The position numbers and the translations under genes are program-made. A DNA stretch of 64,000 nucleotides from Eledone cirrhosa (taxonomy: Eukaryota), in assembly GCA_964016885.1 (NCBI GenBank), contig OZ024752.1, forward strand, positions 2,418,001 to 2,482,000, written 5' to 3'. How positions within the stretch are numbered: position 1 is the stretch's first letter; every line of letters starts with the position of its first letter. Of the stretch, positions 1 through 14,569 are shown in pieces. The notes beneath the pieces are model-generated. The model searched no databases and had not been told where the DNA came from. It saw nothing but the letters and a program-made list of their open reading frames with translations.

Positions 1-1754
1 TGAAATGATATTAATCTCTTTCTTATGCATTTCCCATATGTTTAGTTTTACTTCTAATACCTTTCAGATTATTATTTTATATTCATATAATATTTCCCTT
101 ATAATTATCTATTAATTCATTCTGAATCAATAAATTGTTGGACAATATAATATACGTATGAATAGCACAACACTTTTAGACAAGAGTTACATGACCAGAT
201 AGGTATTTGTTTTGTGATTTACCTTTTAGTTTTTAGCTGTAACCTCATCCACTGCCTCCTCGATTTCCTTCTTCTTCTTCTTCTTCTTCTTCTTCTTCTT
301 CTTCTTCTTCTTCTTCTTCTTCTTCTTCTTCTATTTAAAGTGTTGTTGGGGTGTGTGGTGTGTGGCGTGGTGTGTGTGTGTGTGTGGGGGGGTCCTTCAA
401 AAGCTTCTTCATAACTTGAGCATCAGAAGGGAAATGTATGTAGATTGAAATGCAGAAAAATGTATGTTTACTTTATTATTATTATTATCATATATTGAGA
501 CAAAAAATAGCATGCTAATGTATTTTCAAATAAAGCAACAAAATGATAAACGATAACATTTCAAAGAAAATCGGAGACACCTTTTAGAATTTTCGACTCT
601 GAAATAACAACATTTAAGATATAGAAATTGAATGGTGGAACAACATATCTTTAAAACTGAATTGTTAAGTGAATGATTTTCTCAAATTGCCTTTATGTCT
701 TTGAAACATAAAGAGAAGCCTCATGAGTCATCGTACTCCTCTAAGATTTCATAAAGGCAGACTATTGGCAAGATTGTGTTTGTTAACTTATATTCACGTT
801 TTGTATTTGCTTAGAAAGTTTTAAAAAAAGACGTGAACAATGCTACAAAAGAAATTTAATGTGTTGGCGAATGTAGCATGTAAACATAATGTTTGTGAGT
901 GGTAGTATCAGAAAGATTGTGTTTGTGATGACAGTGGTGGTACTGCTGATATTGATGTTTGAGTAGTGGGTGGCTGGTGGTCTTACATATTGGAATGCAG
1001 ATGTGGGGACGGTTTGAATGGATATTTGAAGTAGTTTCAGAAGTGACGGTTTCATGCATTTTGAATGGTTTGAAGTATCGCTATGTATAACGTTTCGTTT
1101 TATATCAAACTTATCTTATATTTTAGAAGAGGAAAGGGTAAAAGCGGTCGGTCCTTGAGCAGAATATGATTAAAGATACGTCACAGGTGACTTTTGCGAC
1201 GAGCACTAACATATCCAATGTTTCTGTCCTTTTATGAGAGAAGTATTATTATATAAAGAGGAAAGGCAACTTCATAAATGTTTCTCATATACACTCTGAG
1301 TGTAGAGATGATAGTGCGTTATATGTGTGAAAGTTGTGAAAGCATGTGTATGATGTTGAATGCTATGTCAAATATCAAACATACCTATAAGTAATAAATA
1401 CACCCTTTCTCTTACAAGTTATGTTCATATATATTGAGTGTATTTAGGACAAGATGAAAGATACATTATTCCATCATTAGGTTTGTCAGATCAGCGTTGC
1501 ACCAGCAGAACTACCTCTTTATGTGCCCGCCGAAGCAGATATATTCTCGTACTATTTCATCAGACATATTTAGAATTTTCCGTGTGCTATTAATTACTAA
1601 TGTATTGTCTGTTAATTTAATTTCTCCTCACACTCACCATCTTTCTATTTCATCTTTTATTACATAATCTATATTCTTATGAATTTCTTGTGTCTGAAAA
1701 GTAAACAAACATTTTTCCTCATCTATCGAGGTTCATACGGAAAATTGCAATCCC

Positions 1755-2150
1755 ATCAAGCTTGCTTGCTGAGGAGTGTGACATTTGGGCATATTGCAGG
1801 ATGAAATACAAGAACCTGCAAAGGGCAGAGGAATTCAGTAGAGTCAACGGCCATCTAAATAGTACTTTCTGTTTTTACCTGGGAGTGAAAGGCCCCCAGT
1901 TTTTGACGCAACACCTTTCTAAGAGAGGTAAACTCTGAAAGCAAAACCTGCAGCTTCGGAAGCATCCGCTGATGTTGACCTTTCCTTCTTTTTGGGTAGT
2001 GTTTTCGATGCTCCGAAAGTGGCATTGGTCGAGTACAAGGCCTTTCCCCACTTAAAAAAAACCTTCAACACACAGGCATCGCTTGTTCAGGTTATGTTAC
2101 AGTTTCGTGTGGCTTGCCGTAGCCTAAAAAAAGCGATTGCAATACACTAA
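1755..2150 (+). repeat. Dispersed repeat, second copy at ~7780-7880; resembles a LINE 5'-UTR-type repeat
   Basis: aagcttgcttgctgaggagtgtgacatttgggca...agagtcaacggccatctaa aligns by eye with aagtttacttggtgaggatggtgattttggaca...agagtcaacggccatctaa at 7781-7880. The family assignment is inference. Confidence 0.5.
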
Positions 2151-2271
2151 CCAGAATTTGCAGCCATCATATATATTAATGAATGACAAAAGATTCTTAT
2201 ATATAACAGATGCGAAGCACTCAACGGTATATATTTATCCGGAGTATTATAATAACAACAATAATATATAT

Positions 2272-2510
2272 ATATTGAAGATGTAAAGTTTTATGTATAG
2301 CATAAAGCTAAATATGTCCTCCTCAGATAAAATACATAGAAAATATATAATCTTTTTACCTTGTTGGTCACTTATCTGTCCAGCTCGATTGTATACCAGC
2401 ATATCAGAAAAAAAATTAAACATTTTCCATGTATTTTATCTGAAGGGGACGTGTTTGGATTTATGTTATACATAAAACTTTACATCTTCGAAATATATAT
2501 AATGAAATAA
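2272..2510. mobile_element. Short fold-back unit with a hammerhead-like motif in each arm (PLE pLTR-like)
   Basis: Arms ~2272-2360 and ~2406-2495 are reverse complements (gaagatgtaaagttttatgtata / tatacataaaactttacatcttc; tcagataaaatacat / atgtattttatctga). The + arm reads ttttat-CTGAAGG-stem-GAAA-tatata-TA-atgaa. Confidence 0.7.
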
Positions 2511-2610
2511 ATAGAGATGATGTAAACTATATATATATTTTTGTATAAATAAAAATGCCTCCAGCAGGGACCTGTTCGTACATCTCAGATCAGCCCTCCC
2601 AGCCATCGTT

Positions 2611-3274
2611 ATGTTCGGATACATAAGGGTCGAACTAACACGTATCCGGAACAAATGCACCGACTCAAGAAACCGAGACACGCATACCACACCTTTCCTG
2701 GAAGTACATAAACTGAACGGATACCTGACGTCCACCGCGAGCCCAGCCAGAAACAATAGAGGACACCATACCCGAGGCACTAACACCTGCTTCCAAAATC
2801 TCCCACAATTCAGTGACGAAACAACAACAGCCATCCGCAGAGCTATCAGACGAGAGGCACTCGATATCCAACTAGCCCACTCAGGACTTTCTCTACGCGG
2901 ACAGCTAACCAAAAGACACTCCAACATACATGACAGCCGCTGCAGGATAGCCAACTATCCCATTAACGTCACAGATCTATGCCACCAGGCTTACGTCGTA
3001 TACATATTAGAGTGCGACAAATGCAGCTATTTCTACATAGGTAGCACCACCAGACCACTTTACATTAGAATAAAAGAACACCTCAATACTAACGCTTCCT
3101 CATTTAAGAAACACCTAGTGAAATGCAAAAAACACCGACAGAAACATAATAGTTAGGATAGAAACTAAGGAAAGAAACCTCGGCAATCTTAGAATTAAAG
3201 AAGCACTAATTATAGACAAAACGCAACAACCAATCAATAACACACTAGAGCTCAACACCCAATTTTTAACATGA
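2611..3274 (+). pseudogene. PLE C-terminal region with GIY-YIG endonuclease, one frameshift near 3140
   Basis: VVYILECDKCSYFYIGSTTRPLYIRIKEH; after the frameshift ...NLRIKEALIIDKTQQPINN...* (TGA 3272-3274). Confidence 0.88.
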
Positions 3275-3690
3275 TAGATCACCTAGCCCTACACTTACAC
3301 CTCCACGTACCATCTCTCACACACACACACACGCACACACACACACACATACATACATACACATACACTTACACCTCCACTTATTCACTCACACACACAC
3401 AAATACACACACACCAGTTTTAGCATTATAGACCATCTAGCCCCCACATTTACATATAGACATATCCTCTCACATTCACTCACACACACACACACACACA
3501 CGCATGCTTACACCTTCACGTATTCTCCCACACACACTTAAACGTACATTCCCAAAACCCTTTTAAAGGTAGACAACTGTTTATCCACCTAACCTTCACT
3601 CTTTGACATTACAAATAGAATGGAATTTCTATACCATTTCCTGTCAGCATGACTTGGCAAGCTAATTAGAACACTGGATTAACCCCTTTA

Positions 3691-3730
3691 CTTCTCTCCG
3701 AAGAAGAGATATTATCTCGAAAATTAAGGA
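3691..3730 (+). ncRNA. Minimal type I hammerhead-like motif (variant core)
   Basis: CCGAAGA-a-gagat(att)atctc-GAAA-at-TA-agg. Stem II is clean, stem I weak; located at the PLE 3' end. Confidence 0.55.
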
Positions 3731-4224
3731 TACTCAAATAAATTTAAGGTAAAAGACTAATTGTCTGCAATATCTATTGCATTTGTATTTATATTCTATA
3801 TCCATACCTGCATTGTTTTGGCCTTCTAACTCCAACCGTTTATACCTCGTTACGCAATGCCTCAAGTAAACTACAATTTCATCCTTTATATATATATACG
3901 CACACACACATTTGAGTGTGAATGTATACGCATAGACATAAGCAACATATGTCACAATTCTGTGAGTTTTAATGCGTGTTAAACAAACGGTTTCCTTTTA
4001 ACATAAAATATAACGTAAATATATTCTATACATATATATGTTTACGCAAACGTTTTTCCAACAAATCATAAGTTATGGGCCTGTAAGGAAATCTATTTAA
4101 TTGAATACACTAAACCATATCACAATATAGATTGAAACCCAAATGTTACGTATAAATAAATACACCACTTAAATAATTGAACTTATAAAACAAACAAAGG
4201 ATACGTTAGCACGCCCAACTATAT

Positions 4225-4655
4225 ATACTAGCAGAAAAACCACTCTTCGGGTGGTTTTCTGCTAGCATGTGTAGTGTGTATATTGATATTATACACAGGA
4301 ATATACATGTAGATATGATATCAAATAAAATCGTAATTGACAATATATAATACATAGAAATTGAACGAAGACTGCGTTACACTGTCTCATTTAATCAGTA
4401 ACGTAATCCAATTAAAAAATGTGGTGGCGACGATATACCGGAAGTGCAACTTTGAAAAGAAATCAATTTGAAATTATTTATTTTACGAAATTTTTTACGA
4501 AATATTTTACGAAATTATTTTTGTTTACAAAATTGAGTACATAAGTTTGTAATATTCATTCACTATTTATTCAAAGTAATCCAACTTATTTTCCAAACGG
4601 GATAAATAAACCGTACGCAATCCCGCAGGACTTTCTTTATTATCGTTTATATACA
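4225..4655 (-). mobile_element. Possible non-autonomous Helitron-like element
   Basis: Hairpin ctagcagaaaaaccac-tcttcgg-gtggttttctgctag at ~4228-4265, ending CTAG-T on the - strand next to TA repeats. The other end is uncertain. Confidence 0.4.
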
Positions 4656-4657
4656 CA

Positions 4658-4907
<250 letters not shown>

Positions 4908-4910
4908 TAT

Positions 4911-4962
<52 letters not shown>

Positions 4963-4966
<4 letters not shown>

Positions 4967-5108
4967 AAAATGTTCAAGACCCCGACGGCTAATTCTGGAC
5001 CGTCGGCGTGGCTTGAGCTCTGCCGTCGGGTTCTTGAACATTTTCCTAATACCCCCTCTACTGGTGCGTTATGGTCCACCAGGTTACTTTCCACATTTCC
5101 TTCGTTAT
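4963..5108. mobile_element. Family A copy (fold-back)
   Basis: ggaaaatgttcaagaccccgacggc ... gccgtcgggttcttgaacattttcc followed by the tail ...ccacatttccttcgttat. Confidence 0.85.
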
Positions 5109-5144
5109 ATATATATATATATATGAATAAAAAATGGTGAGCTG

Positions 5145-5840
5145 TGTTGTTGCAAATAAGTATAATAAATGAAGAATTACAATTAGAAATTAAGAATATC
5201 AATCATCAGTTGTCTACTAGCCATCATAGGTATTTATTTGCATTACAGACAATAACACCTCCAGCTAGGGCGATACAATAACTAAAATAAGTTATTGGGA
5301 AAGAAAAGTGTTGGGTGGAGAAAGAGAAAGACATGTAAACAAACACGAATGGTGAGGCAACATAAAGAGAGGAAAACATGAAAAAATCAAGTCAATAATT
5401 CATTTCGAACATAAGAACGGGCGAATTTTGACGAGCAGATAAAAACACATCTTAGCCGTACGGGTGTGAGCGAGAAGAAAAATCGCGTACGGCGTGGGAC
5501 TATGGAGGAAGTGAGGAAGAGGGTGAGTAGCAGAGAATGAGTGAGTGGAAGTGCGAGCACGAGGCTAGCCGAGAGAGAGTGAGTAGCAGAGGGGGTGAGT
5601 GAAAGTAGGAGGGAGAAGCAGAGAGAATTGTGGTGGGGGATAACAGTACGGGAAGAGAAAAAAGACAGGTCACAGAGAAGGGGAAAGCATATATAAATAC
5701 AAATGGCGATTAAGAAAGCATATATAAATACAAGTTGCAATTAAGTATAGTATATGAAGAATTAGAAATAGAAGTTAGGAATATCCATCATCAGTTGTCT
5801 AATAGCTATCATAGGTATTTACTCGTATTACAGACAATAT
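5145..5840 (-). repeat. Pair of ~110-bp direct repeats (5145-5272, 5733-5840) around a GA-rich spacer
   Basis: Both copies contain atcatcagttgtcta.tagc.atcataggtattta....attacagacaata. The - strand has a decayed CTGATGA-t-gga(tat)tcc motif. Confidence 0.7.
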
Positions 5841-5856
5841 ATATATACACAATATA

Positions 5857-5896
<40 letters not shown>

Positions 5897-5940
5897 AATA
5901 TGTAGTTTCTACGTAGATTCATATCTATATATGTTGTAAA

Positions 5941-6037
<97 letters not shown>

Positions 6038-6161
6038 CCGAGAAGGAAAAAAAGCTACTGAATGGACTTTATAGATATACTATTCTTGGTTCAAGTACAA
6101 ACGAGTAGTAAATATATATTGCTTAACTTAATTTTGTTTATAAGAGTTACTTTACACTGTC

Positions 6162-6220
<59 letters not shown>

Positions 6221-6247
6221 ATGTGTGTGTATATATATAATTATAAG

Positions 6248-6355
6248 TTATCCCGGGTTTAACCGGGGGTACTCAATACAGTGCAGAGATAACATTTTTA
6301 ATATAGAAAAGCTACTACATGACTAGAACTGGTTCATTCGTGAGAATTGATCAGA

Positions 6356-6360
<5 letters not shown>
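6248..6360 (-). mobile_element. Short relic of the pLTR family seen at 32657-34681
   Basis: ccgggtt...ggtactcaataca...taatataga...gactagaactggttcattc aligns with 32660-32785; its HHR core is decayed (CTGATCA ... GAAC). Confidence 0.7.
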
Positions 6361-6430
<70 letters not shown>

Positions 6431-7409
6431 TTCTCGCTCTCTCTCCCTTGCTCTTACTCTCCCTCCCCTCTCTCTGTATATACATATATCCTCTCGCTCT
6501 CCCTCCCTTTCTCTTTTTCTCCCTCTCTCAATATATATATATATATATATGTGTGTGCACGTGTATGTGGATGAGATTATGCATACGTGTACATATTGGA
6601 GATGTTTATACGTATACAGAAACACATGGGGAAATGTGTTTACTGTAGCAGCAAGAGGTGAGAATAATTTTTAAACGGAAATTAGCTGGTAGGTGTGATA
6701 GGCAGTGGAAATGTAGACCAACTGTCAACAATAACGACCGCGTAAGGAAATCTGTCCGCTTCATATCTTTTGTCTTCTGGCACTAATACAATTCTTCGTC
6801 TCTTGGCCGTGGACAGTCATGATTTGTCAATTTTGGATGAGATGGTGACATCCAAATCAGCTCATTTCATTCAAAGCCACGTCACTGGTGTTAACAATTA
6901 TGAAATACTGATAAAGATTATCTTTATCTCTCTCTCGTTATTTATCTCTCGTTTTCGCTTTTCTCTCCATCTATATCTCTCTGGATTTTATTGTTTGACG
7001 GTCACACTCTCATTCACTTTTTATATCTGTGTTTTTCATTCTCTTACTGACGTCCTCTTATATAGAATGCTATATTTTATAGAGATTCAACTTGAAATCT
7101 CTTAAATCACACTAAATAAAAATTGACCAAATTGAAACTCCCATTGATTATTTTTAAATGGTAAGAATAATGTAAATGAAGACTGATCTCTATTAGAATT
7201 GAAATTATCTCGCTACCATTGCCAACGAATATCCTGCTACTTCAAGCTTAATAAATGTATCTGCATGGTTGTAAGCGGTAGCATATATATAAATAAAATA
7301 AAGCAGAGCAGAGCAGATTACATAAATGAACGTATGCATACTTATATATATATAAATATATATGTATATATATATATATAAGTGATTACTCAAAAGTTAG
7401 TTCACCATA

Positions 7410-7450
7410 CCGAGAACAATTGTTTCACCTTAGCGGATCCTCAGCTTTGG
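7410..7450 (-). ncRNA. Minimal type I hammerhead ribozyme motif
   Basis: - strand: ccaaag-CTGAGGA-tcc(gctaa)ggt-GAAA-caattg-TT-ctcgg, with palindromic stem III ACAATTGT. Confidence 0.65.
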
Positions 7451-7689
7451 AACTATACCTCCGCGTTTAGATCAAGTTCACTACCTCATCGACATTTTAT
7501 GTCATGTCTGAAGCTAGTCTTTATTCTTTAATTAGCAGCATAATGCACTGAAAATCACTCATTATGGTCTTAAAAAATAAAGGTCACATTGAATACATTG
7601 TTTGTTTACTGAATGACATAGTCGTTAGTTTATCACTAAATATATTTGGAAATATTTCTATACATAATGTGCTTCTGTTTATTTTTATG

Positions 7690-8160
7690 TCAGGTCACAC
7701 TCGAGTGCTACTGGTAGCGTGTAACCGAGTACAACCTGTCGCATGGTCGTGTCGTCGGCGACTAAATCGGCAACCCCACTAAGTTTACTTGGTGAGGATG
7801 GTGATTTTGGACACCCTGCAGGACAAAAAACAAAACCTGATAAATGGCGGAAGCACTCATAAGAGTCAACGGCCATCTAAGAAAAAATAAATCCTGCCAA
7901 ATCAATGGGTGGCAGTAGTTCCAGCTGCACTCATCGAAAGACTGGTGTGGGGATTCTGAAAATAATGCGGCTTTGCAGATGATCAATGTAAATTGACAAC
8001 CGAAAGGCGCTCCCGTTCGAGTTAGAAGAGAACTATTGACCTTCAGTAGAAGCAGCGACCACTGATTGTATTCAGCAACCGTAAGAAATAGGTAGTACAC
8101 CAAATCCAATCCTTCTAGGGGCGGCCCTGGTTCTTCTTATTTGCGAGTGTAAACTCGGCC
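7690..8160 (+). repeat. Dispersed repeat related to 1755-2150
   Basis: Shared ~100-bp block; GC-richer than the flanks. Confidence 0.5.
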
Positions 8161-10708
8161 AGATTAGATTAGATTTATTTGAAATACATCATGGTTATGA
8201 AATGGCAAACATAATATTTAAAGGAATGCCGAAAAGTGAAATCATTATAGCAGGCTAGCAGCCGAAGTGTATTATGAAGATATATCTGTATTAGTACACA
8301 GCGTGTAACCGAGATTGCAACAACGTTCAAAAGTATGTACACATATATAATAAGGGTGTAAACGTACCCAACATTCTAATTTCTCGCTAAAGTGAAAAGA
8401 AATGTTACATTTATTCGTTTACGTGTCTAAATCGACTCTCACCAGAACGCGTGTACATCATCCAATCAACCACAAAGAAAGATGTTGTTGATGGGTATAT
8501 ATATATATATGCTCGACCTTAGTATTACTCTGAAATGGACGTAATAAATCGTATATATTTAGCATTCCTGTTGATAATTTATTAAGATATATATTAAGAA
8601 GTGCGTTACCAGAGAAACTAAATGATAAATATATATCTTTTTGCCAAATTTGCCAATTTTCAACACACTCCTAATTTGTTATAAACTTCACATTTATTTT
8701 TATTAGTTGTTGGTTATTTTTCGTCATATATTCTGTGACCTCTTCTATTAATATACTATTTGTTCTTTATCTCTGTGTCTCTTGTTCGTTCTTGTCTTTT
8801 TCTGTTTACTCCATCTCTGAGAATTCCAAACTTAACCTGGTTCAACATTCACTAAATAGACTGGATTAGTTATCCAAATTAGAAGTTATATACAAATAGG
8901 TGTTAATTTGCTTCAATACACCCAGTGTATTGTATTAAAATGATATAAGGTATTTTATTAATAGACCTAAACTCATTCTAATCGAACGAATTATGAAATT
9001 TGAAGAATACCCTTTAAATTGCATTACAGTATATAGGAATGGAATTGTATACTAAGATATGAGAAAATAATCGATTTCTTTAACCTTAATTTTATGCTCG
9101 AATGTTAGTATATGGTTTTATTCTTATATACATAATAAAGCTTAATCGAAATTCTTCCAATTACCCTATTTCAAATTTTCTTTTGTTGAAACACGTGGGA
9201 GATTAATAAAATGTCTAAAATGATTTCGTTATTGCTGTGTATTGATTATATATATAATCACTTAATTATTTCCCAGTCACTTCTTGTATATATAACAAGA
9301 ATAATACAAACATTAATTCTGTAACAAATTATGTCTCAGATTTCGGTCTTTATACGTTAATTGTAGGATTTATAATTTAGATATTTTTAAAAGGTAACAA
9401 AACTATTTTTTTCATGTGAAGGAGAATAGAGTTATACTTGCTTTTTTAACAACAGAACGTTTATATTTCAACGCACATTTTAAATACTTTATTGACGCTT
9501 CGTTACTTCATTGAGTATCTATGTACATTTTGAGATTTAAATGCCGCTACATCTAACTTACGCTTGATTTATATACACCATACATGATAGATATATTAGC
9601 AATAATTATCTAGCTGAATAAGACTTTAGGTTTTTTTAAAGATGCTCTGACATTTCCAATGTATTTCTTTGACTGTTGTTACACCACTACATCACACCAT
9701 CTGCAACAACACTGTCATCATTACACTTTCAAGCAGCATCAGCATTGATGTATTGCAGCACATATTCAAGTTGATATAAATATTTTCCTTACACTAGCAA
9801 TGACGTACTAATGTATGACGATAAATGTTTCCATCTTATGTTGGGTATTTTAATACAGTGGAACATATAATTCCTAACGCCACTCAAAATATACTGTTTT
9901 TGTTTCTTTTATATTATTGTCACTATTGAAACTAAAGTTAATAGTAAATTGATTTGATATGATTTAAAACTCGAATTATAACTATGTTAATGATAATTAT
10001 AAATATGAGATAGGAAACTAGATCGCAACACACTCAACACATTCGAGGTTTACCACACTCCTGAAGTGTATCTTCCATTGCAATATAGAATAAAAATAGT
10101 GAAAATATAATTAATCTCTATTAAATCGTTTTAACTAATCCGTTTATGGTCAATTGTTAAGAAGGTAAAGAAGTGAATTTTCATTATCACAGGCTGGAAT
10201 GTATCTATCAAAATGGAAACGCCGCATCAACGAACAATCATATGCTAATTTTTCACATAGTTTCCCACTTAATCAGTTCACACCTTGCATTCACAGATAC
10301 TTTCAATCACATGTTAGGAGATTGGCACAGCTGTGACTGACGATCATGACAGTAATCAAGAAATGTTCGTTGGAGTCATCTTTTTCTTTATCCCTCCAAT
10401 AATACTGTTGTCAGCACTCCGCAAAAGTGTAGATAAAGTATGGATACTCTCTCTCTCTCTCACTCACACAAACACACATACACACGCACACCATTTATAT
10501 GGATGTGTGTTTGTGCATAAATGCACACGTGCACACACACACACACACACACACAGACACACACACACACACAGATACACAGACACATATATATATATAT
10601 ATATATATTATAATGGATGCAGTGAAAACCAGTTACACCATTACTCATTTCCCCCGTTCCTTCCGCTCAACACTATCTACTTTTTATTTATTTTGTATTC
10701 CTAACTCT

Positions 10709-10746
10709 GTATTCCGATGAAGGACTAGTGTCCGAAACGTAAAGAC
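10709..10746 (+). ncRNA. Minimal type I hammerhead ribozyme motif (U4C variant)
   Basis: gtatt-CCGATGA-a-ggac(tagt)gtcc-GAAA-cg-TA-aagac, with palindromic stem III ACGT; lies in a ~200-bp unit between microsatellites. Confidence 0.7.
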
Positions 10747-11714
10747 TCGGTACCTGCTATTGCAATCGTTAAACTTATATGTTTCTTCCATGTACTCTGC
10801 CGTTTCTTTTGTTATTTCGTTATTACTTTTACACACACACAAACACACACACACATACATACATACATATACACACACATATATAAATATGTGTGTGTGG
10901 GTGTATGTGTGTGAGGCTGTGTATGTATATATGTATGATTGTATATGTATACATATATATACAATATAATCTAAATGTATGCCCACATTCACAGACACTT
11001 GAAAATATCTTTCACTTTCTCTACACACAAAATATCCTTCTATGTGTCTGTGCTCATATCTGTAGGCATGTTTGCATGTGTGATGATCATACACGTTTCT
11101 TCTCCTGACATTTAAAAATAATAATAATAATAATAATAAAGAAAACCATGCAATATACAACACACAATAAAAATAATCATAAACACAAAAATCAAATCCT
11201 TTAAATAAAACAACGAACAAACGATTGCCAAAAAGAATTGGAGTGTAGAATTCGGTCGTATAAGTTAGGGAATATTCCAACGACACAGAAACTTTGCTGG
11301 AAAGATTTGGCAAAAAGATAACATGTTCAGTGAATATGAAATGATTCAATTTGGTTAAAAAATTATATAAATAACAAGAGGAAATATCAGTTTCCTCTCA
11401 TATTTTATCGTTTTTCACCATGTTAGTTTATTCACGTTGTTAACGTCGTTATTGTTGGTATTGTAGTAGTTGTAATTGTTTTTGTCGGCGAGAATGATGA
11501 TGATTGATGATGATGGTGTTGTTATTGTTGCTGTTGACTTCACTTGAAATGTGTTTGTTTCTTTTTTCCCTGATACCTAGTTTTCTCTTACTCATTTCTC
11601 TCCCCTCTTCTTCTTTTTCTCTCTCACTCTATCTCTCTTGTTCTCTATTCACTTCCTCACTCTTTCTTCATCTTTATTTTCCAATATTTTACGTAGCTAA
11701 ATTCTTGTTCTTTT

Positions 11715-11730
11715 TTTGTTGTTGTTGTTT

Positions 11731-11816
<86 letters not shown>

Positions 11817-12013
11817 CTTCTTCTTCTTCTTCTTCTTCTTCTTCTTCTTCTTCTTCTTCTTCTTCTTCTTCGTTGTCGTCGTCGTTGTCGCCACTATCAC
11901 CATCAAACATTTATCCTTGAGATTTTTGTTCTTTTCAAAATGTCTTCATCTACTCTTTCCCAAACATTTGCCAGAACCTGTATTTCCCTTAGTCTCCACT
12001 TTCCACTTTCTCT

Positions 12014-12099
<86 letters not shown>

Positions 12100-12100
12100 T
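11715..12100. repeat. (GTT)n, (CTT)n and (CTA)n microsatellites, representative of dozens of SSR tracts in the window
   Basis: Directly visible. Confidence 0.98.
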
Positions 12101-13039
12101 TTGCAACTTGAGACTACCGAAAACGAAGAAACCGTACAAAACAAGTGGGTTCAACATTACATATAGGATAAAATGGGAATTTCAAATATAACATAGTCCT
12201 TTCTCCAAAAAATTGTTTTCTTACATCATAGAACAAAATATAATCGGTACACATTTTCATTAATCAAGATAAGTTTCACATACAAATATTTCTAATAGTC
12301 TCTAATATAGCCACAAGGTCAACATATTTGTGATAGGAATGAGTTAATGAAATTTAACCTTATTATTTCTCTTGTAATATATTTTATAAACCGAAGACCA
12401 AGTCCAAGCCTGCGGGATTTGAAATCACTACTTAAAGAACGAAAGCATTTATTAGGTTTAGCTGAAAAGTTATTCGTCTTTCTTAGGTTGATAATTAAAG
12501 AGTGATGATGATGCTGAGAAATCTTGCAAGCATTGATTGCATCTCTTCTTATTAATAATTTCATTGTTTCTTTCCAGTTGTTAAAATAATATACCTCATT
12601 TGGTTATTCAACGAGAGTATCTTGGACAGCCTATGAACCATCTAATATATTAACCTTTCAGCCGATCCTCTTAACAAAAGACATTTAACTTAACGCTATA
12701 CTGATACAGATTGTTCTGTGCCTTAAACAAAACCATGTGAATAATTTCAACATAAATTTAGGATTTTTCTTAGAAGTCCCATTGTGAATTTCAGGGCACT
12801 TCTGGGATCTAATGACCAGATTGAATGTATGTGTTATAAAAGTGAATAAGAACAGAATCGTATTATATAACAAAGAAATGTATTGATGAGTTTATTCATT
12901 CGCTCGATTTACACATTCCACACTTTTATATTCTATGATTCAAAATATTCCTTCCAGAATTTCCATCGTATCAGATTGTGCCCTACTTGACATCTTTAGG
13001 GATTTCAGTGATAAGGAATGTCCTTTAATAGCTATAGTA

Positions 13040-13098
<59 letters not shown>

Positions 13099-13126
13099 AT
13101 AATAATAATAATAATAGTAACAGTAG

Positions 13127-13177
<51 letters not shown>

Positions 13178-14066
13178 CAGTAGCAGCAGCAGCAGCAGCA
13201 GCAAAAAGAGCCGTAGTAGTATTATATTACTATTATTCGCATTTTAGCAATCAATGCATATCATAGAAATATAAAAGTCGGTTCGGTTAACTGCACAATT
13301 CAAAACGGACGATAGAAATTGTATAGGTAAGATATAAAACTGCAACAAGTCTAGTAATTATTTTATGAAAGAAGACATGAATAAATAGAAGGAAAATGTT
13401 ATTTGGGAGGGTGGAAACAGCTAGATAGAATTGCGTCTGCGTATGAGGTGGGCGACATGGAAGATAAGGCAAAAGAATACACTAAAGCAATTTATTGGGA
13501 ATTTAGCCATAGGAATTTTGAGGAAATGATCTGATATAATCCCATTTTATTTCTTTCATGCTTCATATTTTCATATATTTGTTTCACTTGATATATTTTA
13601 TTTCCTTTCTATTTGATTTTCGTGAGTCACTTGACTTCAAACTAAGTGCCTGCATTATATTGGTCTTTCACAGCTTCACTGCACAGTTTATACACACACA
13701 CAGCAAACACATGGATATATATATATACATGTATATTCGCATCGCGCAGGCACACACGCATATATATATATATATATATATTTGCGCACACACATACACA
13801 CAAAATACACACACAACCACACACACCCACATATATATATATATATATATACTCCTATATATATATGTGCACAAATATATATACAGTATATTCATAATAA
13901 TGTTATATCTTTCAAATGTTTAGTATATAGGATATTTAAACTTGCCAAATACGTATTTCCCTGAACATTGAAGAACCAAATTATTACAGGCAGGATTCGC
14001 TTTCGAAACTAGTTTGCTGCCTCATTAGAAGATATGCCTATGCCAACAAATATATGCAAATCCTTC

Positions 14067-14186
<120 letters not shown>

Positions 14187-14334
14187 ACAAAGAAATACAC
14201 AGACACATGCGAATACATACATATACATGCATTTACCCACATATATCCCTGAATTTGTGTGGTGCCAACCTTAACCGTTGTTGCTAATAGGGAGAAAATA
14301 ATCTGAATGGATTGGATCGATTCAATATCAGAGC

Positions 14335-14487
14335 TATATAATACATTATAAAGAAAGAAGAAACATTAGATATAAATAAACATATATAATATACCTAAAT
14401 TCCTACTACGTAGTCGAGGATAATGAAGGAATTTAGGTATATTATATCTTGTTACTTATATCTAATGTTTCTCCTTTCTTTATAATG

Positions 14488-14497
<10 letters not shown>
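14335..14497. repeat. ~70-bp-arm fold-back element
   Basis: ataatacattataaagaaag...tataatatacctaaattcct / aggaatttaggtatattata...ctttctttataatgtattat. Confidence 0.85.

Positions 14498-14567
<70 letters not shown>

Positions 14568-14569
<2 letters not shown>

Larger units (their letters stand above)
2550..3895 (+). mobile_element. 5'-truncated Penelope-like retroelement
   Basis: GIY-YIG ORF, then a CA-rich 3' region and an HHR-like motif at 3691-3730; flanked by (TA)n. Confidence 0.85.

Noticed and set aside
400-1600. Possible very old PLE on the - strand (ECI*ET, ETLYIAI)
   Set aside because: The motifs are too degenerate to support by eye; a profile search is needed.
2276-2490. Initial reading as a TA-flanked MITE with 33-bp TIRs
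   Set aside because: The arms extend to ~90 bp and contain HHR motifs shared with 34777-34836, so a pLTR fold-back fits better.
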